From the NCBI RefSeq assembly GCF_000734015.1, contig NZ_CP008796.1, positions 630,001 to 662,000 on the forward strand: a DNA stretch of 32,000 bases, written 5' to 3'. Positions 15,555 through 24,809 of the stretch are shown here, in pieces. Every line of letters starts with the position of its first letter. Within the stretch, counting starts at the first letter, position 1. Under the pieces are notes generated by a model, which worked only from the letters and a program-made list of their open reading frames with translations, had not been told where the DNA came from and ran no database searches. The position numbers were made by a program, and so were the translations under genes. This DNA comes from Thermodesulfobacterium commune DSM 2178. Lineage in GTDB: Bacteria; Desulfobacterota; Thermodesulfobacteria; Thermodesulfobacteriales; Thermodesulfobacteriaceae.

Positions 15555-16364
15555 CTATCCTATCGACAATAAAACTTCAAAGCTTTTTACTGCATAATAA
15601 GTAGATTCTAAGAAAGCAGTAGCTCCAGGTTTTCTTGCAAAACCTCCTTTCCCTACGTAACAACTTATAATAAATTCTTTAGTTTGATTTAAGTTTTCAG
15701 GCTTAATTTCTAATAAAGAGTAAATTTTTAATGCATAAAAAGTATTTTCTAAGTAAGAGGTGGTGCCAGGATAGAATCCATAACCTCCATCTGGATTAAA
15801 ATCTTCCTTAAGCCATTTTAATACCTCTTGAATAGGGAAAGACCTATCAACCTGATAGTTTTTCCAAAGCCAAACTAACTGATAAGCCTCTTTTATGTTT
15901 TCTAAACCCCAAGTTAGATTAAAATTTAACTCTATTTCCTCCAGATCGAGACTTCTAAGTGATTTTAATATATAGAAAACTTTTTCTAACTCATGGTTTT
16001 TTTGACTAAAAGAACAGAATAACTCTTTACATCTGTTTTTTAAGAAATATAACGATTTATCATCTTGTAGATTTTGAATTATTTTTATAAGATAGTAAAT
16101 CATTTTATAAGAATGGATTGCATATTTTATAATATTAACCACATTTTTTCTTGACCAAAGTTTTAACCTCTGATCGATTAAAAGTTTAGAGTTAATGGAA
16201 GGATCGAATTTTTCTAAAGCTTTAAGAATTTCTAAGGCATAATACGTATCTTCTATGGTAGGGGGAAGATAAGGGGTTGCTCCAAAACCCCCGTTTTCTC
16301 TTTTTCTCATTTTTACAAACTGATATACCTGTTTCCAAATATTTTCTTTTAAAGAAATTTTCAT
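15555..16364 (-). CDS. Prenyltransferase/squalene-oxidase-repeat-like (alpha-alpha toroid) protein
   Basis: 269 aa with a reiterated motif: NGGFGATPYLPPTIEDTYYALEIL, PDGGYGFYPGTTSYLENTFYALKIY and GKGGFARKPGATAFLESTYYAVKSF. Function unknown. Confidence 0.6.
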   Translation of the reverse strand: MKISLKENIWKQVYQFVKMRKRENGGFGATPYLPPTIEDTYYALEILKALEKFDPSINSKLLIDQRLKLWSRKNVVNIIKYAIHSYKMIYYLIKIIQNLQDDKSLYFLKNRCKELFCSFSQKNHELEKVFYILKSLRSLDLEEIELNFNLTWGLENIKEAYQLVWLWKNYQVDRSFPIQEVLKWLKEDFNPDGGYGFYPGTTSYLENTFYALKIYSLLEIKPENLNQTKEFIISCYVGKGGFARKPGATAFLESTYYAVKSFEVLLSIG

Positions 16365-16518
16365 ACTATCTTAATTAAAAAATTTTTTAAAAATTATATT
16401 TCCACAGGACGACCTTGTCCAGGTTTTTCCTTTGTAGTAAAAAATAAAATTTTTACCGTTATTTAATATTTTTTTAGGGTTTTAATTTTATTTTTGAAGA
16501 AAAATTTTAATCTATCTT

Positions 16519-16559
16519 TACAAATTGTAAGTTTTTGTTAGTATAAAATTTATTATACT
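16519..16559. promoter_or_regulatory. Two palindromes in the nikR upstream region (candidate operator sites)
   Basis: TACAA-A-TTGTA (16519-16529) and AGTATAA-N6-TTATACT (16540-16559). They lie just upstream of a possible TTGATA -35 box (16562-16567). Confidence 0.2.
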
Positions 16560-16615
16560 TGTTGATAAATTTGAATAAATAAGCTACATAAATCTTAATA
16601 AAAAGGGGGAATATT

Positions 16616-17038
16616 ATGGAAGAGTTAGCACGTTTTGGAATTTCTATTCCTAAGGAGTTACTCAAAGCCTTCGATGACTATATAGAACGTAAACATTATG
16701 CCAACCGTTCTGAAGCTATCAGAGACCTTATTCGTCAGAAACTAGTAGAAGAAGAGTGGAAAGAGTCTAAAGAAGAAGTAGTGGGGGTGATTACCTACCT
16801 TTATGACCATCACAAAAGGGAGCTTACCGATAAATTAGTAGATATTCAACACGAGTATTATGAAAAAATTATTACAACCCAACACCTTCACGTAGACCAC
16901 CACAGATGCTTAGAAATAATTTTGGTTAGAGGTAAGGCTAACGAGATCAAGGATTTAGCAGATAAAATTCAATCCCAAAAAGGTGTACTTCATCTAAACT
17001 TAGCTCTAACTACTTTAGGAAAAAGTATTCCTTCTTAA
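16616..17038 (+). CDS. nikR: Nickel-responsive transcriptional regulator NikR
   Basis: 140 aa. The ribbon-helix-helix N-terminus reads RFGISIPKELLKAFDDYIERKHYANRSEAIRDLIR. The C-terminal metal-binding domain is His/Cys-rich (YDHHKREL..HLHVDHHRCLEIILVRG). Confidence 0.88.
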   Translation: MEELARFGISIPKELLKAFDDYIERKHYANRSEAIRDLIRQKLVEEEWKESKEEVVGVITYLYDHHKRELTDKLVDIQHEYYEKIITTQHLHVDHHRCLEIILVRGKANEIKDLADKIQSQKGVLHLNLALTTLGKSIPS

Positions 17039-17146
17039 TTTTTTTATTTTATTTTTGTGAAATTTTTATTTTATTTATTGTCTTTTAGTGTTTTTTTTAT
17101 ATTCTCTTTTTTTCAGAGTATTTGAGAAATTAGGTGGAGGAATTTT

Positions 17147-18763
17147 ATGCAAAAAGAGTTACAATATTATTATGAAGTAGTTAGAAATTTTAAGCTACAG
17201 GTTCCTGAAAAATTTTCATTTCCTTTAGACGTGTTTGACAAATGGGGTAGCCTTCCTGCATTAATTTGGACAGATGGTAAAGAAGTAAAAAGATTTACTT
17301 TTGAAGAGCTCACTGCTCTTTCAAGTAAATTGGCAGGAGGTTTAAAAAATTTAGGTATAGGTAAGGGGGACAATGTTTTAATGTTTTTACCTAACAGATA
17401 TGAATGGTGGATTACAGTATTAGCTTTAATGAGACTAAACGCGGTTATTGTTCCTTCTACCGTGATGTTAACGGCAAAAGATCTAGAATATAGACTTAAA
17501 TCTTTAGAAATTAAGGCTATCATTTCAGATGAAGAAAATGCTAAAAAAGTAGAAGAAGCAGTGAACCTCACCAATTCCAAAGCTATTCTTATTAACATCG
17601 ATGATATTCCTGGCTGGGAAAAGTATAGTGAGCTTTTTAAGTTTGACCCTTTTGTAGGAGAAAGGACTTTTTCAGAAGATACTTCTATCATCTTTTTTAC
17701 TTCAGGCACTACAGGACCACCTAAAATGGTAAGACATACTCAAGTTTCCTATCCTTTAGCCCATGTTATTACTGGAAAGTTTTGGTTAAACCTAAAGCCT
17801 GGTATAATACACTGGAATCTATCTGATACAGGGTGGGCTAAGGCTGCTTGGTCAAGTCTTTTTGGCCCATGGAATACAGGAGCAACCGTTTTTGTAAGGC
17901 GTAGAGGGAAAAAGTTTACTCCTGATATTATGATAGAAACATTGAAAAAATTTGAAGTAACCTCCTTATGTGCTCCGCCTACCGTTTACAGAATGTTAAT
18001 CAAAGAAGTTCCCTTAAAAGAACTTTCTTTCCCTACAGTTAATCATTTTGTTTCAGCAGGAGAACCGCTTAATCCAGAAGTAATAGACATATGGAAAGAA
18101 ATTACTGGGAAGTATATTTATAACGGTTATGGGCAAACAGAAACAGTTAATACCATAGCTATGTTTCCTTTTATTCCTATGCGTAAAGGTGCTATGGGAC
18201 TTCCTACTCCTGGTTTTGAGGTAGAAATAGTAGATGACAACGGAAAAATTTTAAAACCCTATGAAGAAGGCAACATAGCCATCAAAGTCTTTCCTGAGAG
18301 ACCTGTGGGGCTTTTTAAGGAGTACATAAATGATGAAAAAGAAATGGCAGCTGCCTTTAAAGGTGAATGGTATTTCACCAGAGATAGAGGATATAAAGAT
18401 GAGGACGGCTACTTTTGGTTTTTAGGAAGAGAAGATGATATAATCATAAGCTCAGGATACAGGATTTCTCCTTTTGAAGTAGAAAGTGTTCTTATCAAAC
18501 ACCCGGCAGTAAAAGAATGTGCTGTAGTAGCAAGCCCTGATGAAATAAGGGGAGAGGTGGTCAAAGCCTTTATCGTTTTAAAAGATGGTTTCAAACCTTC
18601 TCCTGAATTAATAAAAGAATTGCAAAATTTTGTGAAAACAGAAACCGCTCCTTACAAATATCCACGTAAGATTGAGTTTGTAGAGGAGCTTCCTAAAACT
18701 GTTAGCGGGAAGATCAAACGAAAAGAATTAAAGTTAAAAGAATTTGGACTTTGGCCTAAATAA
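17147..18763 (+). CDS. AMP-forming acyl-CoA synthetase (ANL superfamily, medium-chain/acetate-type)
   Basis: 538 aa. AMP-binding motifs IIFFTSGTTGPPKMV, YGQTE, TRDRGYKDEDGYFWFLGREDD and the C-terminal SGKIKR are present. Confidence 0.85.
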   Translation: MQKELQYYYEVVRNFKLQVPEKFSFPLDVFDKWGSLPALIWTDGKEVKRFTFEELTALSSKLAGGLKNLGIGKGDNVLMFLPNRYEWWITVLALMRLNAVIVPSTVMLTAKDLEYRLKSLEIKAIISDEENAKKVEEAVNLTNSKAILINIDDIPGWEKYSELFKFDPFVGERTFSEDTSIIFFTSGTTGPPKMVRHTQVSYPLAHVITGKFWLNLKPGIIHWNLSDTGWAKAAWSSLFGPWNTGATVFVRRRGKKFTPDIMIETLKKFEVTSLCAPPTVYRMLIKEVPLKELSFPTVNHFVSAGEPLNPEVIDIWKEITGKYIYNGYGQTETVNTIAMFPFIPMRKGAMGLPTPGFEVEIVDDNGKILKPYEEGNIAIKVFPERPVGLFKEYINDEKEMAAAFKGEWYFTRDRGYKDEDGYFWFLGREDDIIISSGYRISPFEVESVLIKHPAVKECAVVASPDEIRGEVVKAFIVLKDGFKPSPELIKELQNFVKTETAPYKYPRKIEFVEELPKTVSGKIKRKELKLKEFGLWPK

Positions 18764-18778
18764 AAGTTACTTTAAAAG

Positions 18779-18812
18779 GCTTGCTTAGGGGGCATAGTTC
18801 CTCTAAGCAAGC
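18779..18812. terminator. Hairpin with a perfect 10-bp stem between convergent genes (possible bidirectional terminator)
   Basis: GCTTGCTTAG (18779-18788) pairs with CTAAGCAAGC (18803-18812) around a 14-nt loop. The right arm overlaps the last codons of rnr. There is no strong T-tract on either side. Confidence 0.35.
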
Positions 18813-20950
18813 ACAAAATTAATATAAAACCTTCTTAAATCTACCTCTTTTACTCTGACTGTTACAGATTGTCCTATTTGAAAAACCTTGCCTGTTTTCT
18901 GTCCTATCAAAGCAATTCCTTTTTCATCTAACACATAAAAATCATCTTCAAGATCGACTACCCTAACCACTCCACTTACCATATACTCTAACAGGTCTAC
19001 AAAAAAACCAAAAGCAGTAACTCCAGTAATAATTCCGTTAAAAGTCATTCCTATCTTATCCTTCATGAAGAAACATTGAAATCTCTTTAAAACCTCTCTT
19101 TCTGCTTCTTCGGCGGTTCTTTCTTTCTCAGAGAGATGTTTACCCATTTTTTCTAATTCTTCTTCTTTGTAAACAGGTTTTTTTCTTTTTAAAGCAGCTT
19201 TTAAAGTTCTGTGTACTACTAAGTCTGGGTATCTCCTTATAGGAGAGGTAAAATGACAGTAACAGGTAGAGGCTAAACCAAAGTGACCTAGGTTTTCAGG
19301 TGTATATTTAGCCTGTTTTAAGGACCTTAACAGTAGATGATTGAAAAGATAAGCATAAGGTTTTCCGCTAAACTGAGAGATCAATCGTTGAAAAAACTGA
19401 GGAGTTACTTCCTCTGGAAAAGTTACTTCTATTCCATAAGAAAGGAAAATTTCAGACAATTGTTTTAATTTGTTTATGTCCGGTGTTTCATGAACTCTAT
19501 ATAAAAATGGATAGCCCTTTTGAGTTAAAAAACTTGCCACCGCTTCATTAGCTGCGATCATAAAATCTTCTATCAACATATGAGCTAAATTGCGCTCTCT
19601 TTTTACTATGTTTTCAACCTCTCCTTTGATGTTAATTATTATTTCTGGCTCAGGCAAATCAAAATCTAAACTACCTCTTTTTAGTCTTTTTTCTCTCAAA
19701 ATAAAGGCAAGCTCAGCTGCGGTATCGAGCATAGGATAAAGGTCTTGATATTTTTCAATAGTTTCTTGGTCGTGATCAACGACCATCTTTTTTACCTCTG
19801 TATAGGTCAGCCGAGCATGGGAATGAATTACTCCTTCATAAAATTTTTGGTTAGCCACCTCTCCATCGTGACTAAAATCTATCTCTACTATCATAGCTAA
19901 TCTGTCTACATTAGGATTTAAACTGCATAAATGATTGGAAAGTTTTTCGTGAAACATCGGAATAACCATTGTAGGAAAATAAACACTAGTTCCCCTAAGA
20001 TAGGCTTCTTGATCTAAAAAAGAACCTTTTTTTACATAATGAGCTACATCAGCAATAGCTACCCAAAGTTTATAGCCTTTTTTAGTCTTTTGAACACAAA
20101 CTGCATCGTCAAAATCCCTTGCGTTTTCACCATCTATAGTTACAAACGGAATTTTAGTCAAATCTGTTCTACCTTTTTTATCTTCTAATATAACTTCTTC
20201 AGGTAACTTTTGGAGTTCAGCCATCAATTCTTCGGTCCATAAATGAGGAAGGTCATAAGTATATACTACGGCCCAGGTATGAGATTCGAGATTAAGAGGG
20301 TCTCCCAAATCTTTAATTATCTCCCCTACCGGAAATCCATACTCTGAGGTAGGTTGAATAATCTTTGCGACTACTAAATGGTTTACTTGAGCTTTGTTAA
20401 GCCTTTTTTTTGGGATATAAATCTCAAAAGGTATTCTTGGATCTTCTGGCTCTACAAAATAAGCTTTTTTTCTCTTTACTAAGTATCCCACTAAATTTTT
20501 TCTTTTTCTTTCAACTACTTCGATAATCCTGCCTTCAGGACCTTTTAAACTTACCCTATCTATCCTAACTAACACTATGTCTCCATCTAAAGCTTTTCCT
20601 ATAAAACGAGGAGGGATAAAAATACGCTCTTTTTCTGTCTCTACAAAGCCATAGCCATCAGGATGAACCCTTAACCTTCCTTTTAAAAAGGACACCTGCT
20701 CTGGAAGTGCATACTTTCTCTTCTTTAATTTGATAACCTTATTTTGGGCCTCTAAAAATTTCAAAACCTCTCGAACTTTCGGTCTTTTTTCTTTTGGAAG
20801 ATTTAGAAGATGGTAAATCTCTCTTAATAACAAAGGCTTTTTCACTGATTTTAATAAGTTAAGAAGGTCATCTTGAAGTTTATCTTTGAAATGGTGAATT
20901 TTATTACCTTTTTTTTTAGTTAAACCTTTCTTATTCTTTTTAGAAGGCAT
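18803..20950 (-). CDS. rnr: Ribonuclease R (3'-5' exoribonuclease, RNB family)
   Basis: 715 aa. It has a basic N-terminus, cold-shock/OB domains and an RNB catalytic core (..VTIDGENARDFDDAV..HFGLAS..YCHFTSPIRRYPDLVVHR..). The C-terminal S1 domain reads (GIITGVTAFGFFVDL). Confidence 0.92.
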   Translation of the reverse strand: MPSKKNKKGLTKKKGNKIHHFKDKLQDDLLNLLKSVKKPLLLREIYHLLNLPKEKRPKVREVLKFLEAQNKVIKLKKRKYALPEQVSFLKGRLRVHPDGYGFVETEKERIFIPPRFIGKALDGDIVLVRIDRVSLKGPEGRIIEVVERKRKNLVGYLVKRKKAYFVEPEDPRIPFEIYIPKKRLNKAQVNHLVVAKIIQPTSEYGFPVGEIIKDLGDPLNLESHTWAVVYTYDLPHLWTEELMAELQKLPEEVILEDKKGRTDLTKIPFVTIDGENARDFDDAVCVQKTKKGYKLWVAIADVAHYVKKGSFLDQEAYLRGTSVYFPTMVIPMFHEKLSNHLCSLNPNVDRLAMIVEIDFSHDGEVANQKFYEGVIHSHARLTYTEVKKMVVDHDQETIEKYQDLYPMLDTAAELAFILREKRLKRGSLDFDLPEPEIIINIKGEVENIVKRERNLAHMLIEDFMIAANEAVASFLTQKGYPFLYRVHETPDINKLKQLSEIFLSYGIEVTFPEEVTPQFFQRLISQFSGKPYAYLFNHLLLRSLKQAKYTPENLGHFGLASTCYCHFTSPIRRYPDLVVHRTLKAALKRKKPVYKEEELEKMGKHLSEKERTAEEAEREVLKRFQCFFMKDKIGMTFNGIITGVTAFGFFVDLLEYMVSGVVRVVDLEDDFYVLDEKGIALIGQKTGKVFQIGQSVTVRVKEVDLRRFYINFVLA

Positions 20951-20955
20951 TTAGA

Positions 20956-21237
20956 TTACTTAAGGTTTAAATACTGAATAGCTTTTTCTAAGTCTTCTTC
21001 AGGCACGGTTACATGAAGACCTGACTTTGGGCCTTTTCTTATATAAAACCTTAACTCTTCTGCTGTTTTGATGTTTTTCTCCTTTACTATGTTAGGTAGA
21101 CTCCTACTTCCTTTATGACATTTTAAACATTTAAAATCTTCAGCGGCAAGTTCTAATTTATGATAGGAATAAGCAACCAAAAGACTGCCTAAAAAGATAA
21201 CAGGTAAAATGCTAATATCATAAAATCTAACTTTCAT
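20956..21237 (-). CDS. Small membrane-anchored protein with a single CXXCH motif (putative monoheme c-type cytochrome)
   Basis: 93 aa. It has an N-terminal hydrophobic anchor (ISILPVIFLGSLLVAYS) and the motif FKCLKCHKG. It lies 5 nt upstream of rnr on the same strand. Confidence 0.5.
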   Translation of the reverse strand: MKVRFYDISILPVIFLGSLLVAYSYHKLELAAEDFKCLKCHKGSRSLPNIVKEKNIKTAEELRFYIRKGPKSGLHVTVPEEDLEKAIQYLNLK

Positions 21238-21287
21238 AACCTTTCCTCAAAAATTTGTCTACACATCTAAGACTTCTTTTAATTTTT

Positions 21288-21316
21288 ATACTATAACATA
21301 TAAAAATTTTTGTCAA
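21288..21316 (-). promoter_or_regulatory. Candidate sigma70 promoter for the cytochrome-like gene and rnr
   Basis: On the minus strand: TTGACA (21316-21311), a 17-nt spacer, then TAGTAT (21293-21288). Confidence 0.45.
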
Positions 21317-21534
21317 CTCTCTCCTATGAAGAATGTGTTCGGAAATTCTTTCTACTAATTTTTACATAACTATTTTCTTCCTAATCCCTTTTGCCCCTTT
21401 TAAAATATAAAATTTTAAATTTTCATGAAACAAAAGATGATTGTTTTTTGTTAACTCTCTATTTTACTATAGAATAATTTGTTAACGAATCATAGACAAA
21501 AGGAAATTTTAAAAACATCCTCTACAGGTTAATA

Positions 21535-21562
21535 TTGACACAGAATAAAAAAATTGTATGAT
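21535..21562 (+). promoter_or_regulatory. Candidate sigma70 promoter for gatB-mtnA-rex
   Basis: TTGACA (21535-21540), a 16-nt spacer, then TATGAT (21557-21562). It lies 45 nt upstream of the gatB ATG. Confidence 0.45.
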
Positions 21563-21606
21563 AATTTTTATATTTTCATTATCAACTTCCGTTAAAGGGG
21601 TGGTTT

Positions 21607-23037
21607 ATGGAATTTGAGGCAGTAATCGGGTTAGAAGTTCATGCTCAGCTTAACACTAAAACTAAGATGTTTTGTTCATGTTCAACCAAGTTTGGTAATC
21701 CACCTAATACACAAATTTGTCCAATATGTACAGGGCAGCCAGGGGTACTTCCAGTAATCAATAAAAGGGCTGTAGAATTTGCCATAAAATTAGGTTTAGC
21801 CCTTGGTTGTAAAATCAACAAAACCTCTGTGATGGCTCGTAAAAACTATTTTTATCCAGACCTACCCAAAGGATATCAAATCTCTCAGTACGAACTTCCC
21901 ATAGCTGAAGGCGGAGAAATAGAAATAGAGATAAATGGGACAAGGAAAATCATACCCTTAGTTAGAATTCATATGGAAGAAGATGCGGGTAAACTAATCC
22001 ATGATGAGAAACAACCCTTTTCTTATGTAGATTTTAACCGGTGTGGAACCCCACTTTTAGAAATAGTAAGTGCTCCTGCTATTTCTTCCCCTGAAGAAGC
22101 AGTAGCTTATCTCAAAACTTTGAGAAGGATTTTAAGATATTTAGGTATTTGTGATGGAAACATGGAAGAAGGAAGTTTAAGATGTGATGCTAATGTTTCG
22201 GTTCGACCTAAAGGAAGTGACAAATTTGGCACAAAAGTAGAACTAAAAAACATGAACTCTTTTAAACATGTAGAAAAAGCTTTATCCTATGAAATAAAAA
22301 GACAAATAGGATTACTCCTAGAAGGTAAAACTATAGTTCAAGAAACCAGACTTTATGATGAAGCTACGCAAACTACTCATCCCATGAGAGGAAAAGAAGA
22401 AGCTCATGACTACTGCTATTTTCCTGACCCTGACCTGATAGAAATCCAGATTGATGATGACATGTTACAAAAGGTAAAGAATGAACTTCCAGAACTCCCT
22501 CATGTGAAAAAACAGAGATTTTTAACTCAATACCAACTTACTTCTTATGAAGTAGAAATTTTGACAGAGGAAAGAGATTTTGCTGAATTTTTTGAAAAAA
22601 CCTTAGAAATTTATCCTAACCCAAAGATGGTTTCTAATTTTATGTTAACAGAAGTTTTGCGTTATTTAAATCGAGACAACATATCCATTACTCAGTCAAA
22701 ACTTACTCCCGAAAACTTAGCTCAACTTCTTAAGTTGGTTGAAGATAACCTTATTTCTATAACCATAGCCAAACAAGTCTTTCCAGAGGTTTACGAAAAA
22801 GGTGTTGATCCTAAAAAATTGGTAGAAGAAAAAGGGTTAATTCAAGAAAGTTCAGAAGAAAAATTAAAAATCATCTGCGAAGAAGTACTCCGAGAAAACC
22901 CTGCAGAGGTGGAAAAATATAAAGCAGGAAAGAAAGGATTACTTGGTTTCTTTGTAGGACAAGTTTTAAAGAAAACTCAAGGAAAAGCCAATCCTAAAGT
23001 AGTTAATAAACTTTTAGAGGAGTTGTTAGAAAAATGA
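21607..23037 (+). CDS. gatB: Asp-tRNA(Asn)/Glu-tRNA(Gln) amidotransferase subunit B
   Basis: 476 aa. MEFEAVIGLEVHAQLNTKTKMFCSCS..NTQICPICTGQPGVLPV.. is the canonical GatB N-terminus. Confidence 0.93.
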   Translation: MEFEAVIGLEVHAQLNTKTKMFCSCSTKFGNPPNTQICPICTGQPGVLPVINKRAVEFAIKLGLALGCKINKTSVMARKNYFYPDLPKGYQISQYELPIAEGGEIEIEINGTRKIIPLVRIHMEEDAGKLIHDEKQPFSYVDFNRCGTPLLEIVSAPAISSPEEAVAYLKTLRRILRYLGICDGNMEEGSLRCDANVSVRPKGSDKFGTKVELKNMNSFKHVEKALSYEIKRQIGLLLEGKTIVQETRLYDEATQTTHPMRGKEEAHDYCYFPDPDLIEIQIDDDMLQKVKNELPELPHVKKQRFLTQYQLTSYEVEILTEERDFAEFFEKTLEIYPNPKMVSNFMLTEVLRYLNRDNISITQSKLTPENLAQLLKLVEDNLISITIAKQVFPEVYEKGVDPKKLVEEKGLIQESSEEKLKIICEEVLRENPAEVEKYKAGKKGLLGFFVGQVLKKTQGKANPKVVNKLLEELLEK

Positions 23038-24164
23038 AAAAGAAAAAAAACAATATAAAAGTCCCAGCTCAAACAGATGTAATCCAAGCCTGGATTTGGA
23101 ATGAAAAAGGACTTTTTTTATTAGACCAAAGAAAGCTTCCTTTAGAAGAAAAATATGTTTTTTGTAACACCATAAATAAAGTTAGAAAAGCTATCAAAGA
23201 GTTAGTAGTAAGAGGAGCTCCTGCTATCGGAATATGTGCTGCCATAGGATTCACCATAGGGTTTAAAAACTTTTTAGAAAAAACTAGGACTAAAAAATTT
23301 TCTATCCAACGTATCAGCGAAGAGATAGGAAAGCTTAGTCTACTTTTAGAAACAGCAAGACCTACAGCTGTTAACCTTAAGTGGGCTGTAAACAGAATGA
23401 AAGGGGTTTGTGAAAAATTTCTTAAAGAGGTTGAAAAACAACCAATAACATTAAAAACTTTAACAAAGCTTTATTCTATTTTAGAAAAAGAAGCTTTAAA
23501 AATTTGGGAAGAAGACATAGAGGGAAATCTATCTATGGCAACCTTTGGGAAAGATCTTATTCCTGAGGGAGGGGTTCTTACTCATTGTAATACCGGAGCG
23601 TTAGCTACTGGAGGTTATGGAACAGCCTTAGGGGTGATAAGAGAGGCTTATAAACATAAAAAAATCTTTGTGTTTGTAGATGAAACAAGACCTTTTTTAC
23701 AAGGGGCAAGACTTACTGCTTGGGAGCTTAGTAAGCTTAACATACCTTATGCTATCATCACAGACAACTCAGCGGGGTATCTTATCAAAAAAGGAGAAGT
23801 TAAAGCTATCATAGTAGGGGCTGACAGGATAGCTTTAAACGGAGATACAGCTAATAAAATAGGAACCTACAGTTTAGCTGTTCTTGCCCATTACCATAAA
23901 ATACCCTTTTTTGTTGCTGCTCCATCCTCTACATTTGATCTAGAAATCTCCTCAGGAGAAGAAATCCCTATAGAAAAAAGGCCTTCGAAAGAGGTACTGT
24001 CTTGTGGAAAAACAAGGGTTGCTCCTTTAAATGCTAAGGCTTATAACTTTGCCTTTGACATAACACCAGGGAATTTAATTACAGCTATCATTACAGAAAA
24101 AGGGGTGATATATCCTCCTTACAGCCAAAATATACCAAAAATCATAAAAAGGAATGAAAATTAA
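23034..24164 (+). CDS. mtnA: S-methyl-5-thioribose-1-phosphate isomerase (eIF-2B alpha/beta/delta-like family)
   Basis: 376 aa. ..LVVRGAPAIGICAA..TARPTAVNL..THCNTGALATGGYGTALGVIR..ETRPFLQGARLTAWEL..GADRIALNGDTANKIGTY... The ATGA start overlaps the gatB stop. Confidence 0.85.
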   Translation: MKKKKNNIKVPAQTDVIQAWIWNEKGLFLLDQRKLPLEEKYVFCNTINKVRKAIKELVVRGAPAIGICAAIGFTIGFKNFLEKTRTKKFSIQRISEEIGKLSLLLETARPTAVNLKWAVNRMKGVCEKFLKEVEKQPITLKTLTKLYSILEKEALKIWEEDIEGNLSMATFGKDLIPEGGVLTHCNTGALATGGYGTALGVIREAYKHKKIFVFVDETRPFLQGARLTAWELSKLNIPYAIITDNSAGYLIKKGEVKAIIVGADRIALNGDTANKIGTYSLAVLAHYHKIPFFVAAPSSTFDLEISSGEEIPIEKRPSKEVLSCGKTRVAPLNAKAYNFAFDITPGNLITAIITEKGVIYPPYSQNIPKIIKRNEN

Positions 24165-24777
24165 GGACCTACCAGAAAATACCTTAGAAAGACTGATTTT
24201 TTATCTTAAAATCCTTGAAAATCTTGAGGATAAAGGTATCGGTTCTCTTTCTTCTGAAGAATTGGCAGAACTTGCTGGAGTAACCTCTGCTCAACTAAGA
24301 AAAGACTTAAACTTTTTAGGAAGCCTTGGCACTAAAGGTGTAGGCTATAACGTTAAAACTTTAAAGTTTAATCTAAAAAAATTTTTAGGACTTTCCCAAG
24401 AATGGAACCTAATATTAGGAGGTATCTCTCCTTTAGGAATATTTCTTTTAGAAAATAAAGAACTTCAGAAAGAAGGTTTCTACTTTATGGCAGCCTTTGA
24501 TATCAGAGAGGAACACATAGGAAGGATCTACAATGGAATTTCTGTTTACAACTTGGAGCAGGTTTCCTATGTTTTTAAAGCGATTAAGGTAGACATAGGA
24601 GTTATTACAGCAGAAGAAAACGCAGAAGTTTACATAAAAACTTTTTTGGACCATGGATTAAAAGCTATTTTAAACCTAACAAAAATCCCATTTTTTTCCA
24701 GGAATGATTCAGTTCGGATAGAAAACCTTTCGTTTAGCTTAGGTTTAACTAAATTATCTTATTTTTTAAGTAGATAA
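24154..24777 (+). CDS. rex: Redox-sensing transcriptional repressor Rex (with an atypical dinucleotide-binding loop)
   Basis: 207 aa. The winged-helix N-terminus reads LERLIFYLKILENL..SSEELAELAGVTSAQLRKDLNFLGSLGTKGVGYNV. The Rossmann loop reads GISPLG instead of GxGxxG. Confidence 0.8.
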   Translation: MKIKDLPENTLERLIFYLKILENLEDKGIGSLSSEELAELAGVTSAQLRKDLNFLGSLGTKGVGYNVKTLKFNLKKFLGLSQEWNLILGGISPLGIFLLENKELQKEGFYFMAAFDIREEHIGRIYNGISVYNLEQVSYVFKAIKVDIGVITAEENAEVYIKTFLDHGLKAILNLTKIPFFSRNDSVRIENLSFSLGLTKLSYFLSR

Positions 24778-24809
24778 AAATTTTAATCGTAACCGTAAAA
24801 GGAGTTAAT

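Noticed and set aside
17055-17061. TTGTGAA, a Rex-box-like half-site between nikR and the acyl-CoA synthetase
   Set aside because: No TTCACAA partner occurs at any sensible spacing. A single 7-mer in AT-rich DNA is not evidence.
17170-17709. 179-aa minus-strand ORF
   Set aside because: It is antisense within the well-supported acyl-CoA synthetase gene.
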